Origin: the human T2T-CHM13v2.0 reference genome, Homo sapiens
Assembly (NCBI RefSeq): GCF_009914755.1
Contig: NC_060926.1
Length of the DNA: 64,000 bases
Reading direction: 5' to 3' (one strand)
Shown here: piece by piece, positions 15,811 to 31,512 of the stretch
How positions within the stretch are numbered: the first letter of the stretch is position 1
Layout: every line of letters starts with the position of its first letter
Made by a program: the position numbers and the translations under genes
The notes under the pieces: model-generated
Told to the model about the DNA's origin: nothing
Database searches by the model: none
What the model saw: the letters and a program-made list of their open reading frames with translations, nothing else

Positions 15811-15858
15811 TAGACACGTCAACCATGGTGCCTACCATTATTAATAGGAACTGCCTCA

Positions 15859-16204
<346 letters not shown>

Positions 16205-16358
16205 TAGAGACTGTCATGCTTTGAACCACATGACTTTATTCCTAGTTTACAACTGGCTGTACCCAAGGTCAATCAATCCTCAGGATGGCCAGCAGTATAG
16301 AAAAAGATAAACAGGACCATCAAATTCTCTCCCAGAAAAAGGATGAGAAGATACTTGG

Positions 16359-16765
16359 TGCTATGGTTGGAGATTGTTTGTTTGGTTCTGCCTACTCCCA
16401 TGGTGAAATTTGATCCCCAATGTTAGAGGTGGAGCCTGATGGGAAGTGTTTGGGTCATGGGGGCTGAACCCTCATGAATGGCTTGGTAATGAATACATTC
16501 TTGCTCTGTTGATTCCTGCCAGCACTGATTGTTAAAAGGAGCCTGGTGCCTTCCTCCCTCTCTCTTGTTCCCTCTCTCTTGACACATGACACACTGGCTC
16601 CCCTTTGCCTTCTGCCATGAAACAGTCTGAAGCCCTCACCAGAAGCAGATGCTGGTACTGTGCTTCTTGTGCAGTCTGCAGAACCATGAGCCAAATAAAC
16701 CTCCGCTTTTTATAAATGACCCAGTCTCAGGTATTCCTTTATAGCAATGCAAATGGATTAAGATA
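16359..16765 (+). mobile_element. MSTB-like solo LTR (MaLR)
   Basis: TGCTATGGTT start, GAACCATGAGCCAAATAAACC poly(A) signal region, 5-bp TSD CTTGG at 16354-16358 and 16766-16770. Confidence 0.9.
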
Positions 16766-19019
16766 CTTGGTGAATGAGGCAGGGAGAAGCAAGCTCTGGG
16801 GCTGAAAGGGTATATTGAGAGAAATTGTGACACACAGTGGATCAACACGTGGCCAGAGAAGCTAAAGGGAAACAGAAACTCTGAGTAAGATGAGGAAGCA
16901 AAAACTATGAGAAAGCAAAAATAATGAGGTGGAAGCTCAGGCCCACCAAGTGTAGCTGGTTGTCACATGGATGGCAGCCTACATGTGCGGAGTTGGACAA
17001 ATTCCTCTTCTCCCTTTTACCTGACTCTACTCCAGTTCCTGTTCTTCCTGTGGCTAGGATATGTGGCTTTTCCTGGGTTCCTAAATGTTTTAAATCACCA
17101 GCAGCAGGAGTAGGATAAGCACTGCTCTCAGCACACATTTTTTGAGATAACTTGAATGTGTCTCTGTCACTGAAACTATTTATAGTGTTGTTTTGAATGA
17201 TGTAATTGTAGCAGGATTATAGCTTAAACACACACACAGACACACACTCCTTTTTTTGTGCCTGCTTCCTGCATGTGAGGGAAGTGAAGTGGTTGTTATG
17301 CTTATTCATTTACACATAACTTCTGGAATTCCACTCATACCCCCCAAATACAGGCCATGACTCAAAAGTGCCCCGGGCACATTCTTGCTTACTTTTCTCG
17401 CTAGCAAGTGAACAGGTGAACAGACTTATTTTGTGGGTCTGCAACAGCTTCAAGGGATTTGGAGTTCATTGATCCCAAATAACAAGAATACTTTGCAGTA
17501 ACTGTCCTCCTAAGTTGATTTTATTCTGATGAACTCTTATCAGTGAGTGGTTTTTCCCTAAAAATAGTTTCTAAAAGGGCTTACACAGTGGCTACCTCCC
17601 TAGCAAGAAACAGAATGTATAAATGGAACATGCATCTAATTGTCAGACCCCATCCTCAGTTCTTTTGTGTAATATGAAAAAGAAATGTTTTAAAGCAGTC
17701 AAGATATTTAGCTCTAAAAATTAGCCAGTAAGAAGCTACTTGGATAAAGTTAAGTACGTTTTTTTTTTCTTTTTACAAACCTCCCTTTGAAATAAACCAG
17801 ACAGAGGTTCCTTTCACTTCCATGGGAGTTTTCAGCAAAAGGAGAATGGAAGACTTCATAAGCTCTAAACAGCCTTGGAGGCCATTCATAGACTTCCTAG
17901 CATTCTCTGCCATTTCCCAGTGCTAACGGCCCTGAATGTAGCTTCTCACTATCGTTATTGTCCCTCTTGGGCACTAGCCTGGCAGCTGAGCTCTCTGAAG
18001 CTTATAGCCTTTGGAGTATGGGAAGAAGTTACCAACAGACACAATCACAGGCTGCACAGAGAAGAGATGAGCCAGGAACTGGGGCAGTGGGAAGATGAAG
18101 AACATAGGGCTATTTTCACACCCTCCTGAATCCCATTTCCTGTTTCCTGCGCCTGCTGCTCCTATAGCAAGTCTGCAAAAAACCCCTGGGGTGAGGACAC
18201 TCAGAAACCATCCAGACATGCACAGATTTCTCTGCCTCTGCCTCCAGAAACAAGACCTACATAGCCTGCTGCTTCTTCAAAATGTCCTCCTCATACTCTG
18301 TTGCTGCTAGCATGGCACTGGCTTGGCTTCAAGAATCCTGTCTTTTAGGGGATCAGAGGCAGATTCTGATATCTGGCCAGTACTCCACATGCTAGTTTAC
18401 TATTTCCTCTGCTAGAAAATCCTCATCCTCTTCAGGTTCCTATTTTCTCACAGGTATGATGGCATATTCTTTTCTAATTTCATTTCTCTCTTTGAAAGGG
18501 TAACAGGTATAGCTTTTGGAGTGCCCCACCACCATCTCCACCAAAACTTCCTTCATTGTTCTGCCAGCTCTGAGTGAATTTCCCAGATAACCTTTTTGGT
18601 AAGTGTTCAAAATAACTCAGGACAAAAGATCGTAAGAGTAATCCTAAAAAGATCCTAATTATATTATACCTAGGGAAATACCCTAAAAGTGGGATCTCAA
18701 GATGTCAATGCATAAGTCTCTTTAAGAACTTCAGTAATGTCCATCCCTGATTAACTCAATTATAATAGCTGAACAAATCCACACAGATCCAGAGGGAAGT
18801 CCCCATTCTTTGCCTGTCTTCTCTTCCCCATAATATGGCCCCCAATCTCAGATCTCTGTGCTATTTGAGATTAGAGCTAGGATGGGCTTTATAAGTAGGC
18901 TTATTTGAAAAACAAACAAACAAAAAAACCAAAAAGATGGGTTTTTTTTTTCATCAACTACAAATTATAATCTGGGAAACTTTGAAAAGACAGCTACATT
19001 TGCAATATATTGCCCTCCC

Positions 19020-19545
19020 TGTATTAGCTAGGAATGCTTTTGAATACAAATCACAGAGATATAATTGTAGTTTAAACCATTATTATTAAAGAGAGGCAGG
19101 TCCAGGGTTCAATCAGTGGCTCAGTGATGTCACAGAAATAGACACTGTCTACTATTCTGCTCAGACATCCTCAGGGAGTTGGTTTTTTTCCTCCCTGCCT
19201 GTTGCCTAATGGTCACATGGCATCATATCCTCAAATCAAAGTGGATGGACAGAAAAGGGCTCAAGAGCTTTCTTCTAATAGGAGTCTGTTTCTTTTATCT
19301 GAGAATGAAAGCCAGAATTCAGTCATATGTCCATCGCCAGTCCAGTCACTGGTGGAGGAGACTCACATTCCTGTGACTGACTAGAGCAATCACTATCCAT
19401 TCCTGGGGCTGTAAATTAGGGTTTGGCCCCACCTTCCTTGAAATCAAGGAGTCTAGTTCTTTCATGAGGGAAAAGGGGTAAAGGTGGCGGGGGGGGAGGG
19501 GGGATGAGGAATGGTTGTTGGGTAGGCAGCCAAAAATGTCTCCCA
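19020..19545 (-). mobile_element. Old MLT1-type LTR, degenerate
   Basis: TGTATTAGCTAGGAATGCTTTTG...GGTTGTTGGGTAGGCAGCC termini. Confidence 0.5.
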
Positions 19546-19752
19546 TAACCACCAAACTTGCTGATACCTGGAATCCAATCCCATAATTTTTTTCACTGAT
19601 GCTTTAACCCAACAGAGGCTCTGCCCCAGTGAAAGAACACTCCTTATATTTTTAAAGACATTTATATCCCCAAAATATTTAGTTCATCACATTTTTAGAA
19701 CAATACCAAATAGGAAATTGAAAACCAAGAGCGAAACATACATTATCATGAG

Positions 19753-19950
19753 CAGTGGTGATGCGCTTGTAAATCTTTAGCCACTAGCTGGGGACGAACC
19801 CTGATTTATGACTGTTGATTTTTGTGGTGTAAATTTTCCCACCACAGTCGGTTTCAAGCTGCCAATGGTTTAGCAATTGGCTAGCAGAATTCCTGAAAAT
19901 ATAATAATCAGCCCTTGTGCATTCATACTAATCAACTCCAGCACAATATT
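19753..19950. mobile_element. MER63-like hAT element
   Basis: CAGTGGTGATGCGCTTGTAAAT...CTCCAGCACAATATTG termini. Confidence 0.55.
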
Positions 19951-20585
19951 GAGTGAGTCTACTCTATACTAACATGCCGTGCACTTGTTCTGTATACTTT
20001 TGTCTGTGTGATATCTCCTTTGTTCTGGCTCTTATAACTTACGAAGTAGGTACTATCACGTTTTACAGATAGGAAACCTGGGCTCAAAGAAGTTGAGTCT
20101 TTTGCTAGTTGTTGCAGATTACAACCCAGTTCTTCTGACTCTAGGTATAGAGGAAGCCAGTGGCAGCTCAAGGCTGAGACAGCCATACATGCTAGCAATT
20201 TTACCCAAGTACCAAACAAATACTTATTACTAGAATGGTGTGTACTGTCAACTATTAATGACCTTGGAGTAATAAGAACAAAGTCAAAGTGAAAGTCACC
20301 AGAAGCCTTTATTCTTGTTTTGAAGAAAAAGAAAAGAAAAATGTAAAGATCTCATCAGAAATATCCAAAACAGAATACCTTCTGTTCACATTGCGAATGT
20401 TCTACATTTGAAAGAAAGGTGAGATCCTTCTTGTTTTTCATGACATCAGAAAGAAAATTTTCTAAAAAGCGTTCATATTGGCATTCATTCCTATCTTTAG
20501 CTTTACACCAAGGAACAGCCTTGTGGCTTCAATATATGGGCAGCTTTTACAACTTGTATATTTCCTTATTTTAAAAATATTTCCT

Positions 20586-21047
<462 letters not shown>

Positions 21048-22200
21048 TTAGGTTGAGCTTTCTTCAATGAGCCTCTCCTCATGAGAAGAAAAACATTCTG
21101 GTTCTCTTTCCCTTTCTCCTGTTTCATAATCTTTTCCCTCTTGGCCATTGACACAGCAGATTAGGCACATTCTCTTGATTCCAACTCACCAGTCAGGGCT
21201 TCCAGCAGTGTCCATATCATCCATCATAGGGCAGGAACATGAGGTAGCTGCTGACCCATTTCTGAAATTCCATCACCATGTCCCCCTAAATGCCCTGCCT
21301 CTGCAGTCTCAGAGTGAGGCCTGCCAGTCAGTGACATTCGTCAGTGTTTCAGGCTCACTGGCCTGGTGCTACTGTGAGTTTTTGGTGGATACCTAAAATT
21401 CTCAGGGTGCAGTAAGTTCTGCCCAGCAGAACTCTGCCTGCACAATTTAGAGTCAGAGAAGATGCTAAAGAAACCCAGAAAATGTTGTTTTCCCTGACAA
21501 CAGTCAAGCTGCATGGATGTGATGATTAATATAGCTTGTTCTCCTCTGTCTCCCATTTCATCCAGATTCTACCTCCATGGCCCCCTCAGCAAGGCTCCCC
21601 AAGCCTAGCGCCAGCCATGAAAATGCAACATCCTGGTTTGTTCAACATTACACATTAAAAGATGGGCTTACTCCTCTATTCACTGCTCTTGACTGTGAAC
21701 ACAGTATGCTTACAGAGAACTGTGCTCCACCCTGAGAACAACTCTATGGCTGCAACATTCTTTAAAGGTACTTTTCATTTTAAACATAAAACCTTGCCCC
21801 CAAATTAATAAAGCTTTCCTCACTCACAAAGTTGTCCTCTCCCAAATGTCATGAGGCATTTATTAATAGCCATGGAATGCTACCATCAGCACCCCAGAGA
21901 GAGAGAGATGTAGTGTAATTAGCCAGAAGTAAGAGCTCAAATCGGACTGGTGAGGAGTAGCCAAATTTCTGCCAAAAGGCAAATTCTGGTCTGTAAGACA
22001 TCTCCTCCCTGAATTCCTCCCTCCTCCTCCTCCTTTTTCCCCTAAAAATCAAACTCATATTTCTGTGTATTCTGAGAAACAGGAACTTGTAGAAGCCAGC
22101 AAGACATACTGACCATGAAGATTGTTACTGAAGCATATCATAGGCAAAGTAAGGCAGAGTCTAGAATCAGCACAACTATAATGTGTTTCTACCCAGATAC

Positions 22201-22575
22201 CGTATTACTTCATCATTCTCATGCTGCTAATAAAGACATACCCGAGACTGGGTAATTTATAAAGAAAAGAGGTTTAATTGACTCACAGTTCAGCATGGCT
22301 GGGGAGGCCTCAGGAAACTTACAACCATAGTGGAAGGGGAAGCAAAAAAGTCCTTGTTCACATGGTGGCAGGAGAGAGAAGAATGACAGCCAAGTGAAGG
22401 GGGAAGCCCCTTATAAAACCATCAGATCTTGTTAAAACTTACTATCATGAGAATAGCATGGGGGAACCACCCCCATGATTCAATTACCTCCCACCATGTC
22501 CCTCCCACAACACGTGGAGATTATGGGAACCAGGATTCAAGATGAGATTTGGGTGGGGACACCCAAACCATATAA
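22201..22575 (-). mobile_element. THE1 solo LTR (MaLR)
   Basis: GCTGCTAATAAAGACATACCCGAGACTGGGTAATTTATAAAG...GAGATTTGGGTGGGGACAC; TSD GATAC. Confidence 0.92.
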
Positions 22576-22759
22576 GATACATTGTAACGAAAATTGCCAA
22601 ACCATATCAGATACATTGTAACAAAAATTGCTTATCTTGTCTATAACTGAGTCTCTCCTCTCCCACATTGTTTTTCTTCTCCTGGTTCTGAAACCATTTT
22701 CCACTCTCAGACTTACATTGTTTTACAGGAGTATTGTCTGGTCACATGATACTAGAAGA

Positions 22760-23590
<831 letters not shown>

Positions 23591-26303
23591 CTAGGCTAAA
23601 CAGGCACATTGAAACCCTAATTAGAAAGCAATAAAGTTATCTTGAACAGATGTGCTAGAACTTATGCAACCAATTGAGTCGCGCCCTGTAGACTGTACAC
23701 TGCTTAGGACTGCTGACATTAGGCAGCCATCAGCACCCCTCTGCTGCAGGCCACACACGCATGATCTTACCACTTTATAATCACAAGGCATTTTGAACTG
23801 ACGTTAGATTACCTGATTGTGACAAACTTGCTCATTGCAAATTGGACCTCAAAAGACTTTTATCTATAAATAAGTAAAACCTACCCTCAGAGGAAAAGAA
23901 GTTTGCCTTCTCAGCAATAAGCAAACAGTAAAAAGCATTTGCCACAGACTCAATAATTTAGATAGTATATGAAACTTTGCAAGGTTCTAAGATGAGAATA
24001 CCAGAAGGGAGTCTATTCATTTATTTGTCTATTTGAAAGGTGTGATGTCTACTGTGGGTCAGTTGCTGAGATGAGTGTTGGAATATGGTGCTGAGCAAAA
24101 CATACCCAGTCCCATCACTTGCAGAGCAAGACAAGACATTAGATAGTAAACATGCCAAGGAATATTTATTGAGATAAATGCAACGAAGGAGAAGAACAGG
24201 ATGTATACAAACAGGAGAGACAGTCTAGGCCTCTATGAGTAGGACATATGGAAACAGACTTGAAGGGCGAGAAGGAGCCCATCATGTACAGCATGAGGGA
24301 AGGTGCTCCAGACCAGAAGGCATGGCTTATGTGAAGGTCCCGGGTCATCTCCTTTCTGGAGGATGAGACACATTCTGGGCACATGTAGCATAGTGGTCGA
24401 ATCACAGGCTCAGAAGTCTGAATGCCTGGGTTCCAACCCCAGCTCCACCAGCAGGCTACCTGACCTTATGAAAGTCACTCAACCCTTGTCGTTCTTGGTA
24501 TTTTCATCTATAAAACAGGAAAGGTAGTACTGTCTTACATATAGGTATGTTCACACGAGATAATTGATGCAAAGTGCTGGGCTTATAGGAAAAAATCCAA
24601 TAAATATCAGTGATACAATATTGGTTTGCAGGAATTTGAGATAGTCGGCCTTGGCCAGGCTGATGTGCTCTTAACTTGGTTTAGCATCAGATCCCGGCAG
24701 CTTCTGGTTATGCTATAGGAATAGTATATATGCAGAGCCAAGATAGTGTCAAGAATTTCGAACAAGACTGGAAGAAATATATTGTTGAGAAAAGCAGTTA
24801 TCACAACTTGGAATTCACACACATGCTAGGGCTAGAGTTTGCAGAAGGGGCTCATCAAAGGCACAAACACGTGGAGGCTGAGGTTATGAATGGGAAAGAG
24901 TGCCAAGCAGTGAGCAGGACAGATGGGAACATGGGCAACAGGCCCAGATCAGGACTCAAGAGATGATGGGACAGGCAGAAGCCAAGGCTTGATCTCAGAC
25001 AGCAAGTACAGTCATCCCTAGTAGTCTTTGTTATCTTGAAAGGGAGTCTATTTGTAAGTGTGGCTGCCAACCCATTCCTTAATATTTGAGTCTATTAGTA
25101 TGTTGAGCTGAGCTGTACTTCTTCGCCCATAAACCCTTCATATTACACTTGATGAAAGTGTTTTCTCTTCCTGGAAAATGGGGATGAGGGTAAAAGAGTT
25201 CACCTAGCCCTACATGCTAGCCTACAGAGGCTGGCATCTCTGAGTTCCCATGCTTTTTGTACTTTCCTCCTAGAAAAGGCTCTCTGTCCAGATGGCCATC
25301 TGTTCTTTGCTTCTGTAGCCTAAATTAAGGCTAGGATAACTTGGGGTCTCTATCCACTTTCTTCTTCAAATAAAATACTGGGATGCAACTTAAATCTTTT
25401 GTTAGGTGTTTTAGAAAATTCCAAAGGGAAAAGAATGTAATATTGAATGACACACAGTCAAACAACCTAACATTCCTTTTTACTCATCTATTGCCCCAAG
25501 GTCCCTCTCATCCTAACAGCAACTGCTTCTCTTACTCCCTCCCTCCCTGAAAAAAAAAACAAAAAAAAACAAAAAAACAAGGCTCAAACTTTCACTCATA
25601 TCTCAGGCCATGGCTTTTTTTCTTTTTTTTTTAACTTCTGCCTCTTCTACTTCCTTCATAGCAAAATGAAAGAGAAGATTTATGATGGTATTGTGTGATC
25701 CTGTCACACCCCTAAAGGAGAGAGGTGGTGGTATAGTTAAGTTTTATTCCTTCAGTCTCTTTCCTGCAGCCATGCTCAAGAGTGTCACAGGGGGCTTGGA
25801 GGTTGGTGCTAGCCTAGTTTTTAGTCTGAGCCAATACAATGGCTAAGACTAAATTATCAAGTCTCTGAGACAGACATGTAGGATTTCTTTATGTTGCATC
25901 TACTTTATATACCATCTCCCAGTAAAAACACTATGTCCCAAATTCAATGCTATTTTACAAATTGTTGGTGTCAAGTCTGAAATAAGGTTGTGGTCCACCC
26001 TCTGAAAGTGGTACACAATGGACGTGCTGGATATTTTCTGCCACCCTCCCGTCTCCTGTTTCCATCCTTCTTCTCCTTTTCTTGGGCCCCCAAGGGACTC
26101 ATCTTTGTGGACTGAATCAGCAGGCAATTTTGCCTGCTTCAGGACTTGATTGCTACCAATGAGGAGCAACAGCAGATGTGGGGGCCGGGGAGAGTGAAGA
26201 AGTTGGGCGTTGATTTATTTTCTGTGCTGTCTGACTGCCTGGTCACTGCATCCCTCTTCTGAAGGCCACAGCTCATTGCAGGCGGCCCACTTTATCTATA
26301 TAG

Positions 26304-26308
<5 letters not shown>

Positions 26309-26350
<42 letters not shown>

Positions 26351-26462
26351 TCTCTCTCCCTCCCTCTCTCTGTCTCCCCCTCTCTCCCTCCCTCTCTCTT
26401 TCTCTCTCTCTCTCTCCCTCTCTCTCCCTCTCTCCTCCTGTCTCTCCCTCTCTCCCTCTCCC
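26309..26462. repeat. (CT)n / polypyrimidine tract, ~150 bp
   Basis: Perfect (TC)n run followed by degenerate CT/CCCT; source of the ER-repeat ORFs. Confidence 0.95.
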
Positions 26463-27448
26463 ACCACACCCCGCCAGGCCTAGTGTTGGCCTCACTGTTA
26501 CCAGACCCTAGATATGGCACAATCCTTGAGGTTTCTCGACATGCTCCCTAAACAAACCCATATCAAGCCTATCTTTTTCCTGCCCAGACCCAGCCCTGAA
26601 ATAAACAAACAAATCAAAACAAAAACAATTTAGAGCAAGAAAACATGAACAATTTAAGACCCTTTATTTAGATGGTCTTGACAGCAGATAGATAAGTGGA
26701 AATACTTTAGTTCCTGTCTTGTTTACATCTTCATAAAGGAAAATCATCTGTTATTCATTCATTAAAGGAAAGATAAATTTTTGATTTTGTTTCAAATTTA
26801 GCCATGGATGCAGAATGTATCAGAAGCCAGGAGTAGATCCCACACATGCTCCCCTAGCTTCTCCTGGGTTCCCTTAAGGGCCACAGCTACTGCTACTGTC
26901 ATTTTTTCATGCAGGTAGAGTCCTGCCATCTAAACATGGTATTGCAAAGTCCTTCCTGTAGTCTAGGCATTACATGAACCTCAGCTCCTTCTGGGTGGTA
27001 GCCTCCATGGCACAATTCTTGCAGATGCAAACATCTCTCTGTCTGTCTCTTCATTCCCCTATAGTGTCTCTTCAGAGACTTTCCTCCCACATTAGGTTCA
27101 CAGCTGCTCTCCACTCTCTCGCAATTACATAGAAAGAATATTATCAAAAGCACCCATCCCTTTCAAACTATATTGCCCATGGCTCACACCTACATTTTCT
27201 TTGAATTTTTTAAAGTTTTGCCACTGAGGGAAGAGAATATACCACTTGTTTATGGCGTACCTATTATAAGTCAGATACTGTGCTAAGGACAGAGCACACA
27301 ATAGTGAGCAAAACAGAGCCAGTTTCTACTTTCATAGAGCTTATAGCTTAGGAGAAAAACAATAAGCATGCTAATAACTGTGTAATTGCAAACCTTGATA
27401 CATGCTATGAGGAAATGTTATACAATGTTATAAAAACATGTAATGAGA

Positions 27449-27760
<312 letters not shown>

Positions 27761-27861
27761 TATAATGAGACATTAGATTTATTCTGAGGGGTCAAGGAAG
27801 GCTACCAGCAGGTGACGACATATTAGTTAAAATATGAAAGATGAGTAGGAATCAGTTAGGT

Positions 27862-28073
27862 CAGTGATTCTCAGCCAGTTATGATTTTTGTCCCTAGGGG
27901 GACATTTGACAATGTCTGGAGATATTTTTGGTTGTCACAACTTGGGGATGCTACTGGCATCTAGTGGGTAGAGGCAAGGGATTCTGCTAACATTGTAAGA
28001 AACACTGGAGAGCCCCCCAATGACAAAGCATTACGTGGCCCCATATGTCAATTGCACCAAGGTTGAGAAACCT
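27862..28073. mobile_element. MER20 (hAT-Charlie)
   Basis: CAGTGATTCTCA...GGGGACATTTGACAATGTCTGGAGA...GCTACTGGCATCTAGTGGGTAGAGG...AAGGTTGAGAAACC. Confidence 0.9.
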
Positions 28074-28599
28074 CAACCGGGTAAATGATTCCAGCCAGAG
28101 AGAACAGAAGAACATGTGCAAAGATCTAGCCTCACACCTAGCCTGGCACAGAAAGGGCATCAAATATTTGACTAAATTTCTGGTTTAAATTGGTTGGGAT
28201 ATCATCTCTATTTTTCTTTTCTGTCATTACCTACATCAGATAAAATCCTGTTTTAAAAGGCAAGGGTAGGAATGAATATGGCAAAACCATTTCTCTTCAA
28301 AATGTATGTATAACTGAAAGCTTGACTCATGCAAGAGAGTGAAATATAGTTGCCGGATGTGAGGATTTTTCTTTTACTCTAGATGAATGTTGCTTGAAAA
28401 CAGAAAATGACCTCTTCCACTCAATTGGTAAGGTGACTCCCTAAAAGTAGACATTTGTGGATGGGGTCCCCATAGGAGTTGAGCTGAAATGGAAATTAGG
28501 GTTCTTAAGAAATAAACGGAATAGGGGATAGGAGAAAGGGTGAAAGAGAACTAAGACTTGTGAAGTGCTTTGTAAAGTCAGGGCCTATAGCTACTCTAT

Positions 28600-29210
28600 T
28601 TCTTCATTTAACAAGTATTTATTGGGCTCAACTGTCCTAGATATCAGGGCTTGGCAAAATAAAGACTCAGGATCTAGTGAGGAGACAGATAAGCAAACAA
28701 ACAATGATAACACAATATGAATAATGCTCCCACAGAGTTAATTTTACATGAAGTGCTGAGAGTAGGCCTGAATCAATGATGACCAAGGTTGGGGGAGGAT
28801 GAGAGGGCATCACTGTCAGGGAGTCTTAGCGGAGAAGCAGTTAATACAGACGAGATCTGACAGTGGGATAGGAGGATACCGAGCAGAAATTCCAGGGAAT
28901 AGCATATGGAAAAAGAAGGAAATTGTGAAACAGCATGGTCTGCTTGGAGTGCAGTGGGTGTGTGCTATGATATAAAGGATGTGGATGTTGGGGCTTGGGT
29001 TGTGAGGGATGGAACAGTGGCAGGGGGTGAGGTTGTGGAGGGCTGTGCGCCATGCTAAGAAGCAAAGGAAAGGCAGAAACAGATTTACATGTTCAGAATG
29101 AGCACTCTGGTATCATTGTGGGAACTGGATGGGAGGAAGGAAGGCAAGACTGGGAAAGAGTATCTAGTTAGGAGACCACTGGATCTAGAGACGAGCAGTA
29201 GTCCAGGCAA
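28600..29210 (+). mobile_element. L2 fragments
   Basis: TTCATTTAACAAGTATTTATTG start and degenerate L2 body. Confidence 0.55.
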
Positions 29211-29979
29211 AAGCGTGTAGACATGGAGAAATGGTGCCACAACCGACAGCAGTGAGTGGGTGGGCCACAGGAATGAAAAGGCTACCACATCACAAGGAGT
29301 TCATTTTGTCTTCATTTTGAATGGTTTTAATTTTGCAAATAATCCATTTTTAGTGGCAGCCCAAAAGTTTAGCATAAAATAAAAACCACCAGAAATTTAG
29401 AACTAATGAAAGTTAGACTTCTACTGAAGATTCTTTGAGACATTGTCTGGTATAAATATACTTATCTTTAATCAATTAAATTGTTTGATTCCCTGTGTGA
29501 AGAGGGAATTAATTTCAATCTGAAGTGACTAGTGGCTTCTGGGTCCTAGATCAGGACTGAGTTTATTCTTTAGGGATCAGTGGAGCTGGGAGGAGTGGCC
29601 TAGTGTGAGCCTAAGAGTAGTAGTTGTAAGAATAAGAAATCTGAAATAGTGGCCACCATATACAGGCCAGAGGACATACCTGTCAGAGTATAGGAGAAGA
29701 AAACAGGGAAACTTGAAGGCTGCACTTAAAACTGAATCTGTAGCAAATTGATTTAATGTGAGTTATGAGTGTGTAATTTACCAAATGTGTACACAGCTGG
29801 TATACTAGATTATATTACACTATGTAAAATAAGCAACCAGACTTCCCCTAGGAAGCAATGGGAAGTCTCAGAGCAGGACCTTGCTTGGTCTGATGCAGGT
29901 GACTTATTCAAACTCCTTAGCTTGATGTTCAAGCCTTCCATCATTGGGCTCCAACCTACCAATAAAAACACTATCCTCT

Positions 29980-30397
29980 TGTGTCTTCATTGGTTTGTGC
30001 TGCTATAACACATTGGTTTCGTTGGTTTGTGCTGCTAACACCTGAGACTTAGTAATTTATAAAAAGTAGAAATTTATTTCTCACATTTCTGGAGGTTGGG
30101 AAGTCCAAGATCAAAGTGCTGGCAGGTTTCATGTCTGGTGAGGGCTGCTGTCTGCTTCTAAGATGCCACTATGTTGCTGCATACTCTGGAGGGGACAAAT
30201 TCTGTGTCCTCACATGGCAGAACAGACAGAAGGGAATGAATCCACCCTCTTAGGCCTTTTTATAAGGTTCTTAATTCCATCCATGAGGGCTGTACCCTCC
30301 TGACTTAATCATCCCCTAAATGCCCCACCCTTTAATACAATCACACTGGCAATGAAGATGTAACACACGAATTTTGAAGGACATTCAGATCATAGCA
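29980..30397 (-). mobile_element. MST/MLT1A-type solo LTR
   Basis: AGAAATTTATTTCTCACATTTCTGGAGGTTGGGAAGTCCAAGATCAA...ATTCAGATCATAGCA. Confidence 0.85.
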
Positions 30398-30680
30398 ATA
30401 TATATAGCTTTTTGTGGTTTATATAGCATTTTCACACACTTTACTATATCACATATTCACAATAACACTGTGGGATTGGCAGGTATTCTGTTATCTGCAA
30501 CAATAAAAACTGAGAATGAGAGAAACTAAGTATTTTGACCATATAGCCATTAGTAGGCAAAACCAGAACTGGAAGCTTTGTTGATTACATCTTTGGATTC
30601 ACTATGCTCCATCCTTTGGGTTCCTGATTCTGGAATGCATCCTATCCTTCCTCCCTTTGTGTGTTTGCTCACACATTTCT

Positions 30681-31512
30681 TTTTTTTTAAATTTATTCAA
30701 TAGGTTTTGGGGGAACAGATGGTGTTTGTTACATGGATAAATTCTTTAGTGGTGATTTCTGAGATTCTGGTGCACCCATTACCTGAGCAGTGTACACTGT
30801 ACCCAGTGTGTAGTCTTAAACCCTCGTCCCACTCCCACCCTTCCCCCAGAGTCCCCAGAGTCCACTGTATCATGTTTATGCCTTTGCATCCTCATAGCTT
30901 AGCTCCCACTTCTAAGTGAGTACGTATGATGTTTGGTTTTCCATTCCTGAGTTTTCATTTAGACTAATGGTCTCCAATTCCATCCAGGTTGCCGTTATTC
31001 ATTCCTTTTTATAGCTGAATAGTATTCATATATATATCACAATTTCTTGATCCACTCATTGACTGATGGGCATTTGGGTGGTTCTGTGTTTTTGCAATTG
31101 CAGATTGTGCTGCGATAAACATGCAGGTGCAAGTGTCTTTTTTGTATAATGACTTTTCCTCTGGGCAGATACCCAGTAGCAGGATTCCTGGATCAAATGG
31201 TAGTTCTATTTTTAGTTCTTTAAGGAATCTTGACCTGTTTTCCATAGTGGTTGTACTAGTTTACATTTCCACCAGCAGTGTAGAAGTGTTTCCTTTTCAC
31301 CATATCCATGCCAACATCTATTATTTTTTTATTTTTTAATTATGGCCATTCTTGCAGGAATAAGGTGGCATTGCATTGTAGTTTTAATTTGCATTTCCCT
31401 GATGATTAGTGATGTCGAGCCTTTTTTCATATGTCTGTTGGCCATTTGTATAGCTTCTTTTGAGAATTGTCTATTCATGTCCTTAGCCCATTTTTTGATG
31501 GGATTGTTTTTC
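30681..31512 (-). mobile_element. L1PB-like 3' fragment (ORF2 C-terminus and 3' UTR)
   Basis: Minus-strand translations [18 protein letters not shown]...[13 protein letters not shown] and FLKELKIELPFDP match L1 ORF2. Confidence 0.93.

Noticed and set aside
26210-26551. ER-repeat and SL-repeat ORFs
   Set aside because: Translations of the (CT)n tract.
27805-27818. CTCF-like CCAGCAGGTGACGA
   Set aside because: Mismatch in the core GGC and located in degenerate L2 sequence; not supportable without ChIP data.
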